This document shows, piece after piece, positions 1 through 10,389 of a stretch of 64,000 nucleotides of DNA (within the stretch, counting starts at the first letter, position 1; each line of letters begins with the position of its first letter). The translations under genes were made by a program, and so were the position numbers. Under the pieces are notes generated by a model that saw only the letters and a program-made list of their open reading frames with translations, had not been told where the DNA came from and did not search any database. Origin of the DNA: an uncultured Methanosarcinales archaeon (GTDB lineage Archaea; Nanobdellota; Nanobdellia; Woesearchaeales; DATDXC01); assembly GCA_964510025.1 (NCBI GenBank), contig CAZDZV010000004.1:611-64610 (forward strand). The letters run 5' to 3'.

Positions 1-2
1 TG

Positions 3-1199
3 GAAAAATACTCCATGAGGCAGGAATATAAGAGAGGTGCATTTAAGAGATACATAAAGGAGATCATCAGCAATAAGGATTTTATCGTCAAGATCCAGAA
101 CAAGTTCCGCAAGGAACCTTTGGAGCAATGGTTTCCATGGAAGCCTATATGCGATAACTGCGGCAAGATAGCGACCACCAAAGTCATAGATATTGTGGAT
201 GACAAGGTGATGTATAAGTGCGAGGATTACAGTTTTGAGTCCACTACAGCCAAGGGCTGCGGCCATCAGGGCCTGAACGACCCTACGAAAGGCAACGGCA
301 AGCTCCTCTGGAAAAGCGAATGGGCCATGGGATGGGCGCACTGGAAGGTTGTTGCAGAAGGAGCTGGAAAGGAGTACCAGGTGCCTGGCTCCGCCTTCTG
401 GATAAACGCAGAGATATCAGAAAGGATCCTGGATTTCCCTGCCCCTGAGCCTGTCTTCTATGAGCACATAATGATCGACAACAAGAAGATGTCGGCATCT
501 CTGGGCAATGTGGTCTATCCCAGGGACTGGCTTGAGGTTGCCTCTCCTGAGCTGCTCCGTTTTTTCTATAACAAGAGGCTCATGAAGACAAGAAGCTTTT
601 CCTGGGCTGATCTGCCCAAATTATACGATGACCTGGACCATCACGCTCGTGTATACCATAAGAAAGAGAAGGTTGAGAATGAGAAAGAGCTTAAGCATAT
701 GCAGCGCCTTTATGAGATATCTGTGCCAGGGAAGGATAAGCCGCTGGACATGGCATATTCCCATGCCGCGATAGTCGCGCAGGTGTTTGAGGACCAGGAA
801 GACATGATCAGGAGCCTCAGGATGACAGGCCACTATAAAAGAGGCCAGCATGCAGCAATACTCGACAGGATCGGAAAAGCGAAGCTATGGGTCATGAAAT
901 ATGCGCCCGAGTCTGAAAGGTTCCAGATACAGCAAGATATCCCTGCAGGGCTGGAGCTCTCATCAGAACAGAAAAAAGCGCTGCACGATACAGCTGATAT
1001 CCTCAGGAAAAAAGAGTGGAACCAGGAGGAACTTTTCAACATGTTTTATGAGATAATAAAGAGCAACGATCTCAGTCCTGCTGAGTTTTTCAAGGCTGGC
1101 TATAATGTACTTCTGAACAAGGACAGGGGCCCGAAGCTGGCCCCTTTTATCCTTACATTGGGTAAGGAAAAGGTGATCCAGCTGTTTGAGAGGGTCTAA
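3..1199 (+). CDS. lysS: Class I lysyl-tRNA synthetase, 5'-truncated by the window edge
   Basis: Zn-knuckle CDNCGK, KLLWKSEW, GAGKEY, KMSASLGN (KMSKS-like) and C-terminal GPKLAPFI anticodon-domain motif. The frame is open upstream of the ATG at 15. Confidence 0.93.
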   Translation, partial: EKYSMRQEYKRGAFKRYIKEIISNKDFIVKIQNKFRKEPLEQWFPWKPICDNCGKIATTKVIDIVDDKVMYKCEDYSFESTTAKGCGHQGLNDPTKGNGKLLWKSEWAMGWAHWKVVAEGAGKEYQVPGSAFWINAEISERILDFPAPEPVFYEHIMIDNKKMSASLGNVVYPRDWLEVASPELLRFFYNKRLMKTRSFSWADLPKLYDDLDHHARVYHKKEKVENEKELKHMQRLYEISVPGKDKPLDMAYSHAAIVAQVFEDQEDMIRSLRMTGHYKRGQHAAILDRIGKAKLWVMKYAPESERFQIQQDIPAGLELSSEQKKALHDTADILRKKEWNQEELFNMFYEIIKSNDLSPAEFFKAGYNVLLNKDRGPKLAPFILTLGKEKVIQLFERV

Positions 1200-1261
1200 T
1201 AAAAATAATCACCAATCGGTAGTTAAAAATAGAAAAATTTATAAAGATACCCGGGCTCCAG

Positions 1262-1789
1262 ATGAGCATGGATGACCTTCCGGATCTTGCAAGAGTGCCG
1301 TTGCTTCTGATAAGCTGCGGCACTCCAGGTGATATGGAGATAGTGCCTGTCCGGGAGGTTAGTTTCTGGTATCTTGGTCTGGATGACTGGGTGGATGTAA
1401 ACCTTCCTCAAGCCACATATATAGCAGAGCTTGTCGAGCGCAATAAGAGATTCGGCCTTCATTACGTAAGCAAGGATATGCAGGCAGATGCTGCATACTG
1501 TCATCTGAATTCAGGTACGCAAACAGACAAATCAAGGCTGACTGGCCTGTTGGTGCAGATGTCTGATTTAGAGATACCGTTGATTCAGGCTGCACCCTAC
1601 AGTGTTGAATGTGCTGTACAGGAGGCTTTTTCTTTTGGAGGCGGCTTGTTTGCGAGGGCTGGTGTAATGCGGGAACATATGAGGCAGGCGCCGGAACATC
1701 TGCTGTATACAGATGGCATCAACTGGTATGATGGATTCCCTGGCCCTATCCTGTCGCTGGCTGATGCCAGGTTCAAACCTGCAAAGTGA
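1262..1789 (+). CDS. Divergent flavin reductase-like (FMN-binding split barrel) protein
   Basis: PLLLISCG, FGLHYV, NSG...DK...GL, PLIQAAPYSVEC pattern resembles the flavoredoxin/flavin reductase family but is degenerate. TTTATAAA lies upstream at ~1238. Confidence 0.55.
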   Translation: MSMDDLPDLARVPLLLISCGTPGDMEIVPVREVSFWYLGLDDWVDVNLPQATYIAELVERNKRFGLHYVSKDMQADAAYCHLNSGTQTDKSRLTGLLVQMSDLEIPLIQAAPYSVECAVQEAFSFGGGLFARAGVMREHMRQAPEHLLYTDGINWYDGFPGPILSLADARFKPAK

Positions 1790-1856
1790 TGTTACTATCT
1801 AAACAAAATGTTTTTAAATAGCTCTGATTCTAGCTTCTGAAAGCAGGTGAAAATCT

Positions 1857-3173
1857 ATGATTGTGATGAAGTTTGGCGGAAGCTCTGTTAAGAATGCAGA
1901 AAGGATAGCAAATGTTGCAAATATCATAAGATCCAGGCTGAAAGAGAAGCCCATAGTGGTTGTCTCTGCTCTGGGCGGCATAACTGATATGCTTATTGAT
2001 AGCGCAAACAAGGCCTTTCAGGGAAGGGATATCTCTGAAGACCTGGTAGGCATAGAAGAAAGGCATCATTCCACCTTAGGTGAGCTTAAGCTGGACACAA
2101 AGCTCGTTGACGCTGAACTTGAGGAGTTTCGTTCCTTGGCAAACAGGATCAAGGCTGTGAAGGAAGTGACCCTGGAGACCATGGACCACATCCAGAGCTT
2201 TGGGGAGAGGATGTCTGCAAAGATGGTGGCTGCCTATCTCAACAGCATAGGTGTTGTGGCAGAAGCCCATAATGCCTACGAGGTTGGCCTGATATCGAAC
2301 GATGAGCACGGCAATGCTGAGCCCCTTGGGGAGACAGAAGCAGAGCTAAGGAAGCATCTTATAGACAAAAGGTCAGTTCCTGTGATTACAGGATTCATAG
2401 CTAAAAACAAGGCTGGCAAGATCACAACCCTCGGAAGAGGCGGCTCTGACTATACAGCTGCTATAATAGGCGCAGCTTTAGGTGTCAGGGAGATTCAGAT
2501 ATGGACCGACGTAAACGGTGTGATGACGACCGATCCGAGGATAATCAAGAAGGCAAAGACAATACCTGAGATCAGCTTTGATGAGGCTTCTGAACTGGCC
2601 TTCTTTGGAGCAAAGGTCCTCCATCCAAAGACCATAATACCTGCCATGGAGAAAGACATACCTGTAAGGGTGTTGAACACCTACGAGCCGGATAACAAGG
2701 GCACAGTGATCCTTAGCAGGATCAAGGGCAAGAAGCAGGATGTAAAGGCCATCGCCTGCAAGAAAGACAATGTTTTGATGAATGTTGAATCATTGAGGAT
2801 GCTTAACGCCCACGGGTTTCTTGAAAAGCTGTTTTCGGTTTTTGCCAAGTATGGAAAAAGCGTAGATATGCTTGCCACTTCAGAGGTTTCAGTGTCTCTT
2901 ACCTTGGATGATGACAGTAACATCGACAAGATAGAGGAGGAATTGAGCAGGATAGCCAGCATCACTACCAAGAAGGGCAAGGCGATAGTGTGCGTTGTTG
3001 GTGGCGGCATGCATAATTCCAGGGGGATCATAGGGAGCATCTTTTCAGCCCTGAAGGATGTCCGCATCGAGATGGTGTCAGCAGGTGCATCTGAGATAAA
3101 CATAAGCTTCCTGGTCAGCAACGAGGATGCTGATAAGGCCGTAAAGGCCCTGCATAAGAAATATTTCGAATGA
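1857..3173 (+). CDS. lysC: Aspartate kinase with ACT domains
   Basis: VMKFGGSSV, VVSALGGITD, GERMSA, TTLGRGGSDYTA, WTDVNG, GAKVLHP. RBS AGGTGA upstream. Confidence 0.97.
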   Translation: MIVMKFGGSSVKNAERIANVANIIRSRLKEKPIVVVSALGGITDMLIDSANKAFQGRDISEDLVGIEERHHSTLGELKLDTKLVDAELEEFRSLANRIKAVKEVTLETMDHIQSFGERMSAKMVAAYLNSIGVVAEAHNAYEVGLISNDEHGNAEPLGETEAELRKHLIDKRSVPVITGFIAKNKAGKITTLGRGGSDYTAAIIGAALGVREIQIWTDVNGVMTTDPRIIKKAKTIPEISFDEASELAFFGAKVLHPKTIIPAMEKDIPVRVLNTYEPDNKGTVILSRIKGKKQDVKAIACKKDNVLMNVESLRMLNAHGFLEKLFSVFAKYGKSVDMLATSEVSVSLTLDDDSNIDKIEEELSRIASITTKKGKAIVCVVGGGMHNSRGIIGSIFSALKDVRIEMVSAGASEINISFLVSNEDADKAVKALHKKYFE

Positions 3174-3382
3174 AATTTGACAAGGAAAAGAGGCTTTTTC
3201 GCAGAAAGATCCTGTTTCTGCTTGTTATCTTGCTAAACGAGGCGATGATATGGTTTCTGGGAGACGAATATTTTCTCGGCACAAGTATAGCACGAATCGG
3301 CAGCTTCATCAGGATATTGCTGGCCATATTGCTCCTGATATCTGTCGGCCTCTATATAAAGGAGAAGATTATCGTTTCCTGA
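3170..3382 (+). CDS. Small two-helix membrane protein
   Basis: ATGA overlap with the lysC stop; two hydrophobic stretches. Confidence 0.55.
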   Translation: MKFDKEKRLFRRKILFLLVILLNEAMIWFLGDEYFLGTSIARIGSFIRILLAILLLISVGLYIKEKIIVS

Positions 3383-4802
3383 GGCTGTAGAAGACTCCGA
3401 TATTAGGGATCCTGTTCTTTGATCTTGCATTGTTGAAGTACTGTATGGCCTTCATCTTGAGGAAAGACATCATGAACTTGTATCTCGTCCCCAGGCTTAG
3501 GTAATGCGTGAACATGTAAGGGTATACTGTCTTGTTCTCATCAAGATACCTGTAGTATGCATAATCATGCCTTGTGCCCTTGGCTGTCCTTGCTATGGGC
3601 ATCACGCCGCAAAGGTAGAAATTGTTCTTTTCAAGCACCCTGCTTATGGCAGGCGCCTCTTTTCTCGAAAGGTCGACGAAATAGGCTCCCTTGCCCTGCT
3701 TTTTGATCATGCCGATCTCTTCCTGGACCTCCTTGAGCCTGTTCAGGTCTATCTTTCTGTATGCATCGTTTCTTATGATGACTATGCGCCTCCTGCACCT
3801 AAGGAAAATATATAGTATCCTTATGAACCAATAGTCTTCCCTGTTCACAAAGACTATATCTGCAGAATTCTCTATCTCCTTCTTGAAGTCCCTTACCAGA
3901 AACATAAAATTGTCATAGTCGCAGTTACCGAACCCCGGCTCACAGTAGCCGTAGTAATCCTCCATGCCCCCGATCTCGATAGCGCACGGCACACAGCCCC
4001 TTTTCTCTGTAATGTATATTGTTATCGGATGGAACGTAGTCACAAGATTCAGCGAATAATCGATACTATGTGTCCTTCCGTAGCTTGCAAGCCAGCTGTC
4101 AGCCATGCACGACATATTTTCAGCTATGCCGTAGCCCCTGTAGCCTGGATCCACGATCAACCCGGCAAATTCACAGATGTTAATCCATTCATATTCAAGC
4201 TCAAGATGCTTTGCGAATGCAAAGCCGATAACCTTGCCTTTATGGATCGCCAATACAGAGCCAAGCAGGTTGTGCATTATCTCGTCCCTGAGATGCTCCT
4301 TATCAGCATATGGTGATCTTGCATACGCCTTCTTCTTCAGCGCTGTTTTTGACAGCGCAGGGATATCATATCTTTTCTGGAAAAGCTCATGTATCTGCTC
4401 AAATATGCTGTCCTGGGTCAGGATATGGTTGCTGTCTGCAAGCTTGTATTCTATCATATATTCGTCCAGTATATGCGTGAGGTGGCATATCTCTTTTGTC
4501 AGCTTGTGCACAAAGTAGAATATCTTTGAATACCACACCTTCTTTGCTGCCCCATGCCTCAGGAAGCCGAAGAAGGAATATACCCTAAGCTTCCTGATTT
4601 CTGCTGCAAAATGGGTTTTTTGGAGCCTCTTCAGTATCTCATGAAACTCCTTGCATTGCAGCAGGCTGTCGATCCGATGATTGATGAAAGGGATCTCGGT
4701 GATATCCTTGTCATATGCAAAGAAGGCCAGCTTGACCAGGAATCTTTCGCTAAGCTCCATATCCTCAAAAGCCCTTATGAATCTCTCCATTCTAACGTAC
4801 AC
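3369..4802 (-). CDS. GNAT-family N-acetyltransferase domain protein with unknown N-terminal region
   Basis: Acetyl-CoA binding motif A EFAGLIVDPGYRGYGIA. Overlaps the accC stop, so it is the last gene of the minus-strand operon. Confidence 0.75.
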   Translation of the reverse strand: MYVRMERFIRAFEDMELSERFLVKLAFFAYDKDITEIPFINHRIDSLLQCKEFHEILKRLQKTHFAAEIRKLRVYSFFGFLRHGAAKKVWYSKIFYFVHKLTKEICHLTHILDEYMIEYKLADSNHILTQDSIFEQIHELFQKRYDIPALSKTALKKKAYARSPYADKEHLRDEIMHNLLGSVLAIHKGKVIGFAFAKHLELEYEWINICEFAGLIVDPGYRGYGIAENMSCMADSWLASYGRTHSIDYSLNLVTTFHPITIYITEKRGCVPCAIEIGGMEDYYGYCEPGFGNCDYDNFMFLVRDFKKEIENSADIVFVNREDYWFIRILYIFLRCRRRIVIIRNDAYRKIDLNRLKEVQEEIGMIKKQGKGAYFVDLSRKEAPAISRVLEKNNFYLCGVMPIARTAKGTRHDYAYYRYLDENKTVYPYMFTHYLSLGTRYKFMMSFLKMKAIQYFNNARSKNRIPNIGVFYSLRKR

Positions 4803-6270
4803 CTGTCATCGTTACCCATTTGGGAACATCTTCTTCTTTGGCCACATCTATGTTCTCTGCAAAAAACACAGCAGCGAGCGCATAATCCCTCAACAGGCTC
4901 CTGTCATCTGTATCGCTCAGCAGGTCGATTATCCCTTTCTGCAAAAAATGCGTCGATATGGCATTGTTCCTGTAAGCCTCATCCTTCATTATCAGCTTGA
5001 AGAGCGGGATCGTCGTATCAACCCCGCTAATCTCAAATGAATCAAGGAATATCTGCATCCTCTTGATCGCTTCCTGCCTGTCCTGCCCCCATGAGATAAG
5101 CTTGGCAAGGAGGCTGTCATAAAAAGGCGTGACAATCGTGCCCTGCTTTACGCCTGTGTCCAGCCTGACATCTTTTCCCACCGGGGGCTGGTAGACAACT
5201 ATCCTGCCCTCAGATGGTATGAAGTTCCTTGCAGGAGACTCTGCACAGATCCTGCATTCTATGGCATGCCCCCTATGATTAATATCGCCCTGATTGTAGC
5301 TTAATTTCCCTGTTGCCGCCACTTTTATCTGCTCCTTGACAATGTCTATTCCGGTGATAAGCTCTGTGATGCCGTGCTCTACCTGTATCCTGGTGTTCAT
5401 CTCTATAAAATGGAATTTCTTTGCTGAATCCATCACAAACTCAACAGTACCTGCCCCCAGATACCCTATCGATTCTGCAAGCCTGACTGCATAGCTGCAT
5501 ACCTTCTCCCTTTCTGCATCCTCTAATATTGAGCACGGCGCTTCCTCGATCAGCTTCTGGTATTTCCTCTGGATGCTGCATTCCCTCTCATAAAAGTGTA
5601 TCACGTTTCCCTTGCCGTCGCCCATGACCTGCACCTCTATATGCCTGGGATTCTCCATATATTTTTCTATAAATACCTTGTCGCTGGAAAAGCTTTCCAT
5701 TGACTCCTTTTTTGCCTTCTCAAGGCAGTCGCTGAACTCATCCCTGTTCCTGACTATCCTCATGCCCTTGCCGCCACCGCCTGCACTGGCCTTTATCAGC
5801 ACAGGAAACCCGATCCGCTCAGCTACCTCAATCGCCTCTTCCACCTTGTGGATGTCATGCTCGGTCCCAGGAACAACCGGGATCCCTGCTTTCCTGGCCA
5901 TCTTTTTGGCCTCCAGTTTCAGACCTGTCTTTTCCAGATTTTCAGGGGTGGCCCCTATGAAACAGATATTGTTAGATCTGCACATCCTTGAGAAATCCGG
6001 ATTCTGGCTGAGGAAGCCGTAGCCTGGATGTATGGCATCTGCCTTAGCCTTCCTGGCTGCATTGATGATCTTTTCCATGTTCAGGTAGCTTTGGCTTGAT
6101 TCAGCTGCGCCAAGCAGCACTGCTTCATCTGCCTGCTCCTTGTGGATAGAATGCATATCTGCATCCGAATATACAGCTACAGTAGGGATGTCCAGCTCCT
6201 TGCATGCCCTGATTACCCTAACAGCTATCTCGCCCCTGTTTGCTACTAATATCTTCTTAAAAAGCCTCAT
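4792..6270 (-). CDS. accC: Biotin carboxylase subunit of acetyl/propionyl-CoA carboxylase
   Basis: KILVANRGEIA, IHPGYGFLS, GGGGKGMR, ERECSIQR, EMNTRIQVEH, FYDSLLAKLI. Start placed at MRLFKK (6270), which gives an ATGA overlap with the BCCP stop. Confidence 0.95.
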   Translation of the reverse strand: MRLFKKILVANRGEIAVRVIRACKELDIPTVAVYSDADMHSIHKEQADEAVLLGAAESSQSYLNMEKIINAARKAKADAIHPGYGFLSQNPDFSRMCRSNNICFIGATPENLEKTGLKLEAKKMARKAGIPVVPGTEHDIHKVEEAIEVAERIGFPVLIKASAGGGGKGMRIVRNRDEFSDCLEKAKKESMESFSSDKVFIEKYMENPRHIEVQVMGDGKGNVIHFYERECSIQRKYQKLIEEAPCSILEDAEREKVCSYAVRLAESIGYLGAGTVEFVMDSAKKFHFIEMNTRIQVEHGITELITGIDIVKEQIKVAATGKLSYNQGDINHRGHAIECRICAESPARNFIPSEGRIVVYQPPVGKDVRLDTGVKQGTIVTPFYDSLLAKLISWGQDRQEAIKRMQIFLDSFEISGVDTTIPLFKLIMKDEAYRNNAISTHFLQKGIIDLLSDTDDRSLLRDYALAAVFFAENIDVAKEEDVPKWVTMTGVR

Positions 6271-6767
6271 TCCAGTTCCACCAGCATATCCCCTTCCTGC
6301 ACCATATCTTTCTCTTTTACATGAACTTTCCTTATCCTGCATTTCTTCTTGGCCATGATGTCATTTTCTATCTTCATGGACATCAGGGAGAGTATCTTGC
6401 TCCCCTCTTCCACCTGCTGGCTCTCGCGGACATATACCTTGGATATTACCCCCGGCATTGGCGCCAGGATCCTGTCTTCAGCAAAGTCATCCCTGGATGA
6501 TTGGACTGCCTCTTCTGCGATTTCCTCAAATGCTGCATCCATGATAAGGCCATCGATAAGAAGCCTGTAGTCATCCTTCTCCTTGCGGATCAAAGAGATC
6601 TCAGATAGCCTGTGGCTTTCATCCACCAGAAGATAGTTGGCATCCTTCTTTTCAGGCACCACCCTAAACCTGTCTCTACCTATCGTGACCTTGTATATGC
6701 CATCCAAGCCACGTATTACAGACACCCTCTTTTTTTTGTCATTCAGCCTGACATTTAGTAAGCTCAT
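6267..6767 (-). CDS. Biotin carboxyl carrier protein
   Basis: ILAPMPG...V.EG...LMSMKIEND...V..GD.LVELE biotinyl domain with the MK acceptor lysine. Confidence 0.9.
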   Translation of the reverse strand: MSLLNVRLNDKKKRVSVIRGLDGIYKVTIGRDRFRVVPEKKDANYLLVDESHRLSEISLIRKEKDDYRLLIDGLIMDAAFEEIAEEAVQSSRDDFAEDRILAPMPGVISKVYVRESQQVEEGSKILSLMSMKIENDIMAKKKCRIRKVHVKEKDMVQEGDMLVELE

Positions 6768-8284
6768 GTTGGAAAGGTAGTATGCTTCTTGGGATTAACC
6801 ACAGATCTCTTGTTTATCAGCGCGTCAAGCACCCCTATCAACGTATCTCTTGCCTTGTCTGGATGGACTATCATGTCCACCGAGCCTTTGCTTGCAGCTA
6901 GATACGGATTAAGATACTCATATTTGTAGTAATGGATCTTGTCATCCAGCGCCTTGTTGGAGCCTGCCTTGTTCCTGAACAGTATCTCGACAGCTTCCTC
7001 AGCCCCCATTACAGCTATCTTAGCGGTTGGCAGCGCCATGACCGCGTCAAACCCGATGTTTCTGGAGCCTAGAGCGATGTAGGCCCCTCCGAAAGCTTTT
7101 CTCAGTATGACAGCTATCTTCGGCACTGTTGCCTTGGATAGCGAATGAAGGATCTCAGACCCTTCCCTGATTATGCCGCCGTGCTCCTGCTCAAGCCCGG
7201 GCATATAGCCCGGCACATCGACCAGGGATATTACAGGAATGTTAAATGCGTCACAGAAATTCACAGCCCCTGCTATCTTCTGCGATGACTTTATGTCCAG
7301 ACAGCCCGCTTTCACCAGAGGCTGGTTCGATATTATCCCCACGCTTCTGCCGTCAAGCCTGGCGAACCCTACTACTGCATTCTTTGCGAAATTCTCGTGC
7401 ACCTCAAGAAAGCTTCCTGAGTCTACCAGGTCATTTATTACGCTATGGATGTCGTAAGCTTTTCCCTCATCTTCAGGAATGATATTTGAGAGCTTTGACC
7501 TTTGCATCGTAGAAATCTTTTTCCGTGGAGGATACTCTGTGTAGTTGGACGGGATATAGGAAAAGAGCCTTCTCAGGAGCATGATGCTTTCCCTTTCGCT
7601 CTTTGAGACAAAGTGCGCAATTCCTGATGTGCTGCTATGCACCTTGGCAGAACCAAGATCCTCTATTGACACCTCTTCCCCGATGACCTTCTTTATCACC
7701 TTTGGGCCTGTTATGAACATCTTGCTCAGCCCATCCACCATGAAGATAAAGTCAGTAAGCGCAGGTGAATATGCTGCTCCTCCTGCGCAAGGCCCGAGAA
7801 TCAGTGAAAACTGGGGCACGATCCCTGAAGCCTCTACGTTCAGGGAGAAGATCTTCGCATACTGGTCTAATGAGGATATGCCTTCCTCGATCCTTGCTCC
7901 TCCTGAATCAAGCATCGCTATTATAGGGCATCCAGTGTCGATCGCTGTCCTCATGAGCCTGGCTATCTGCCTTCCGTGCATCTCCCCCAGGGTGCCCCCA
8001 TGGGAACCGAAGTCCTGCGCAAAAACAAATACCCGTCTCTTGTCTATGGTTCCGTATCCGGTGACAACCCCGTCTGATAGCAGGTTTCTTTTGCCCATGC
8101 CGAATTCCCTGCAGTTATGCTGCAGGAACAGGCCTGTCTGTATGAAGCTGCCCTTGTCCAGGAGAAGATCTATCCTTTCCCATGCAGCAAGCTTGCCCTT
8201 GTCATGCTGCTTTTTCTCTGACTCCTTTCTTGTCTGTTCTGCCTCTTTTAGTTTCCTGTTGAATTCTGACAGTGGCTTGGCCAT
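6764..8284 (-). CDS. pccB: Acyl-CoA carboxylase carboxyltransferase (PccB-like beta) subunit
   Basis: DGVVTGYG, DSGGARIEEG, GPCAGGAAYSPALTDF, DVPGYMPG, RKAFGGAY, IAVMGAE. Confidence 0.93.
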   Translation of the reverse strand: MAKPLSEFNRKLKEAEQTRKESEKKQHDKGKLAAWERIDLLLDKGSFIQTGLFLQHNCREFGMGKRNLLSDGVVTGYGTIDKRRVFVFAQDFGSHGGTLGEMHGRQIARLMRTAIDTGCPIIAMLDSGGARIEEGISSLDQYAKIFSLNVEASGIVPQFSLILGPCAGGAAYSPALTDFIFMVDGLSKMFITGPKVIKKVIGEEVSIEDLGSAKVHSSTSGIAHFVSKSERESIMLLRRLFSYIPSNYTEYPPRKKISTMQRSKLSNIIPEDEGKAYDIHSVINDLVDSGSFLEVHENFAKNAVVGFARLDGRSVGIISNQPLVKAGCLDIKSSQKIAGAVNFCDAFNIPVISLVDVPGYMPGLEQEHGGIIREGSEILHSLSKATVPKIAVILRKAFGGAYIALGSRNIGFDAVMALPTAKIAVMGAEEAVEILFRNKAGSNKALDDKIHYYKYEYLNPYLAASKGSVDMIVHPDKARDTLIGVLDALINKRSVVNPKKHTTFPT

Positions 8285-8302
8285 GATCTCACCTTTGGAT
8301 TT

Positions 8303-9184
8303 TTAGTTTATAAAGCTTTCCCTGCTGTTGTATATCTCCATTATCTTGTCATAATAAAGCCTTTTCTTGTCATCGCCTAGCTGCATGTAGGCGCTGAATA
8401 GCTGCTTATAGGTTGCCCTGAATTCATAAGCATCATGTATCGTGCTGATGTGTGCCAGCAGCTCCTTGATCATCTTCTCCCTGTCAGACAGCATGGCGTA
8501 TCTTTTGCTGTTGAAGACCTCTTCGCCGACTATCCTGCCGTCTTTCAGTGTGATCGCCCTGTCCACGAATTTTCTGTCATCTGGATCATGGGTGACCATC
8601 ACGATTGTTTTTTTAAGGTTGGTGTTTACATATCTGAGGTACTGCAGCAGCTCCTCTGAATTCTTAGAATCCAGGTTGGCAGTAGGCTCATCTGAAAAGA
8701 GTATCTCTGGATCATTGATAAGCGCCCTTGCAACCGACACCCTTTGTTTCTGGCCGCCTGAGAGCTCATGGGGCTTATGGGCAAGCCTGTCTTCCATGCC
8801 TAATATCTTCATCAGCTTTCCGGCCTGCTCTGTCGCATGCCCTGTATCGATACCAGCTGCGATGGCAGGAAGGTATATGTTTTCCAGCACGTTCAGCTCA
8901 GGGAACAGTATATGCTCCTGAAATATGAATCCGAACTTATTGAGCCTGAAATCGTTCTTCAGCTCTTCATTCAGGTCCAGCAGGTTTTCGCCTTCATAGA
9001 TGATCTTTCCTGAGTCCGGGCTGTCTATGAGCCCGATCTGGTTCAGCAGCGTTGATTTCCCAGAGCCTGACTTGCCCATGATTGCAAGAAACTCGCCCGG
9101 ATGTATCTCAAGATTGATGTCGCTTAGGGCATGGATAGGCACCTTTCCTACCATATATATCTTATTAAGCCCCTGGATGATCAT
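8303..9184 (-). CDS. LolD/MacB-type ABC transporter ATPase with C-terminal helical extension
   Basis: Walker A GKSGSGKST, LSGGQKQR, DEPTANLD, VTHD. Confidence 0.93.
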   Translation of the reverse strand: MIIQGLNKIYMVGKVPIHALSDINLEIHPGEFLAIMGKSGSGKSTLLNQIGLIDSPDSGKIIYEGENLLDLNEELKNDFRLNKFGFIFQEHILFPELNVLENIYLPAIAAGIDTGHATEQAGKLMKILGMEDRLAHKPHELSGGQKQRVSVARALINDPEILFSDEPTANLDSKNSEELLQYLRYVNTNLKKTIVMVTHDPDDRKFVDRAITLKDGRIVGEEVFNSKRYAMLSDREKMIKELLAHISTIHDAYEFRATYKQLFSAYMQLGDDKKRLYYDKIMEIYNSRESFIN

Positions 9185-10389
9185 GCCTGTTCACCCCACA
9201 GCAAGGCTATTGTCTTCTGGTCAAGCATCCGCCTGACAGGTATGATGCCAGCCAGTATAGCAACTAAGATAAAACCCACAGCTGGCACGATCACGAACTG
9301 CCATTTTATTATAGGCACTATCATCCCTATCGGAAAAGGTATGGGGTTATTGGTGAAATATGGTATTACAAAAGCGTACATGCATAATGTGCTTATCAGG
9401 ATGCCGCAAATGCAGAAAAATAACGACTGCATGGTGTAGGACAAGACCACAGCATCCTTGCTGACACCTATGGCTTTCATCAGGCCGATATGCTTCTTCT
9501 TCTGTATAAGGTTAAGGTAAAGCACTATCACGATGGAAAAAGCTGCTACGAAAAGGCTGATCGTGCCCAGCACAAGCTCTATTATGGCAAAGCTGTCAGA
9601 GAGGTTTTCTGAAAGCCCCCGCCTCTCCCACCAGAAATATATCTTATCTGTGCCCGCGATGTTGAAGATATCCCTCTTTATCCTGAGCATATCCTGGTGC
9701 TTGGAAGTCTTTACAACCACAGCTGATGCCTGGTCCTGAAACCCTAGCAGCTCTTCGATCTCTTCTTCCCTGAAAAATATTTCAAGGTCGATATCATATA
9801 TGTTTGCGTCCAATACGCCCTTTATCTCATATTCCTTCTCTGCACTGCCAAAATTAATTATGATCTTGTCCCCCAGATCTGCCTTCAGCGAGTATTCCTC
9901 AAGATAGGACCCGTATTTGCCCGAAACATCCTTGCCTATCAGCACCTCATCCCTGTCCATCTTCTCTAGGAACTCGCCGGCTACCAGTGTCTGCCTGAGA
10001 TCTATCCCGGCTGCCGCATCTTCGTCGCTTATCGTCCTTGTGTCAAAGAACCTTGTCCTGTTCTCCAGTGTCGCAAATGCAGGGATGTGGTAGAAAGAGC
10101 TTACCCCGCTAACGCCCTTTATGCTTAGAATCTTTTTTTTCAGCTGTTCCACATCATCTATGAATTTGCCTTCCTCATCAGACTCGAGCTTTATATCTGA
10201 GGTCAGGAAATCCCTGATGTTCCTGTCCAGCCTCTCATTTACCCCCTCAAAAAATGACATGATAAACACGATATTGGCAAAAGCAGCAGATATTATGAGG
10301 ATGATCAGGATGAGCGTAGCTTTTTTTGACTTTGCTATGAACTTCCATGACAGGAAAAGAGCAAGCTTCAGCTCATTAGCTTTCATCAA
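9181..10389 (-). CDS. FtsX/MacB-family ABC permease
   Basis: N-terminal TM, large extracellular domain, three C-terminal TMs, HIGLMKAIG motif. Confidence 0.88.
   Translation of the reverse strand: MMKANELKLALFLSWKFIAKSKKATLILIILIISAAFANIVFIMSFFEGVNERLDRNIRDFLTSDIKLESDEEGKFIDDVEQLKKKILSIKGVSGVSSFYHIPAFATLENRTRFFDTRTISDEDAAAGIDLRQTLVAGEFLEKMDRDEVLIGKDVSGKYGSYLEEYSLKADLGDKIIINFGSAEKEYEIKGVLDANIYDIDLEIFFREEEIEELLGFQDQASAVVVKTSKHQDMLRIKRDIFNIAGTDKIYFWWERRGLSENLSDSFAIIELVLGTISLFVAAFSIVIVLYLNLIQKKKHIGLMKAIGVSKDAVVLSYTMQSLFFCICGILISTLCMYAFVIPYFTNNPIPFPIGMIVPIIKWQFVIVPAVGFILVAILAGIIPVRRMLDQKTIALLWGEQA

Noticed and set aside
7581..8306. Long antisense ORFs (e.g. 7581-8306, 12572-13165, 20459-21256, 24314-24910, 50520-51080)
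   Set aside because: They lie opposite well-supported genes and show no recognisable motifs or translation signals.
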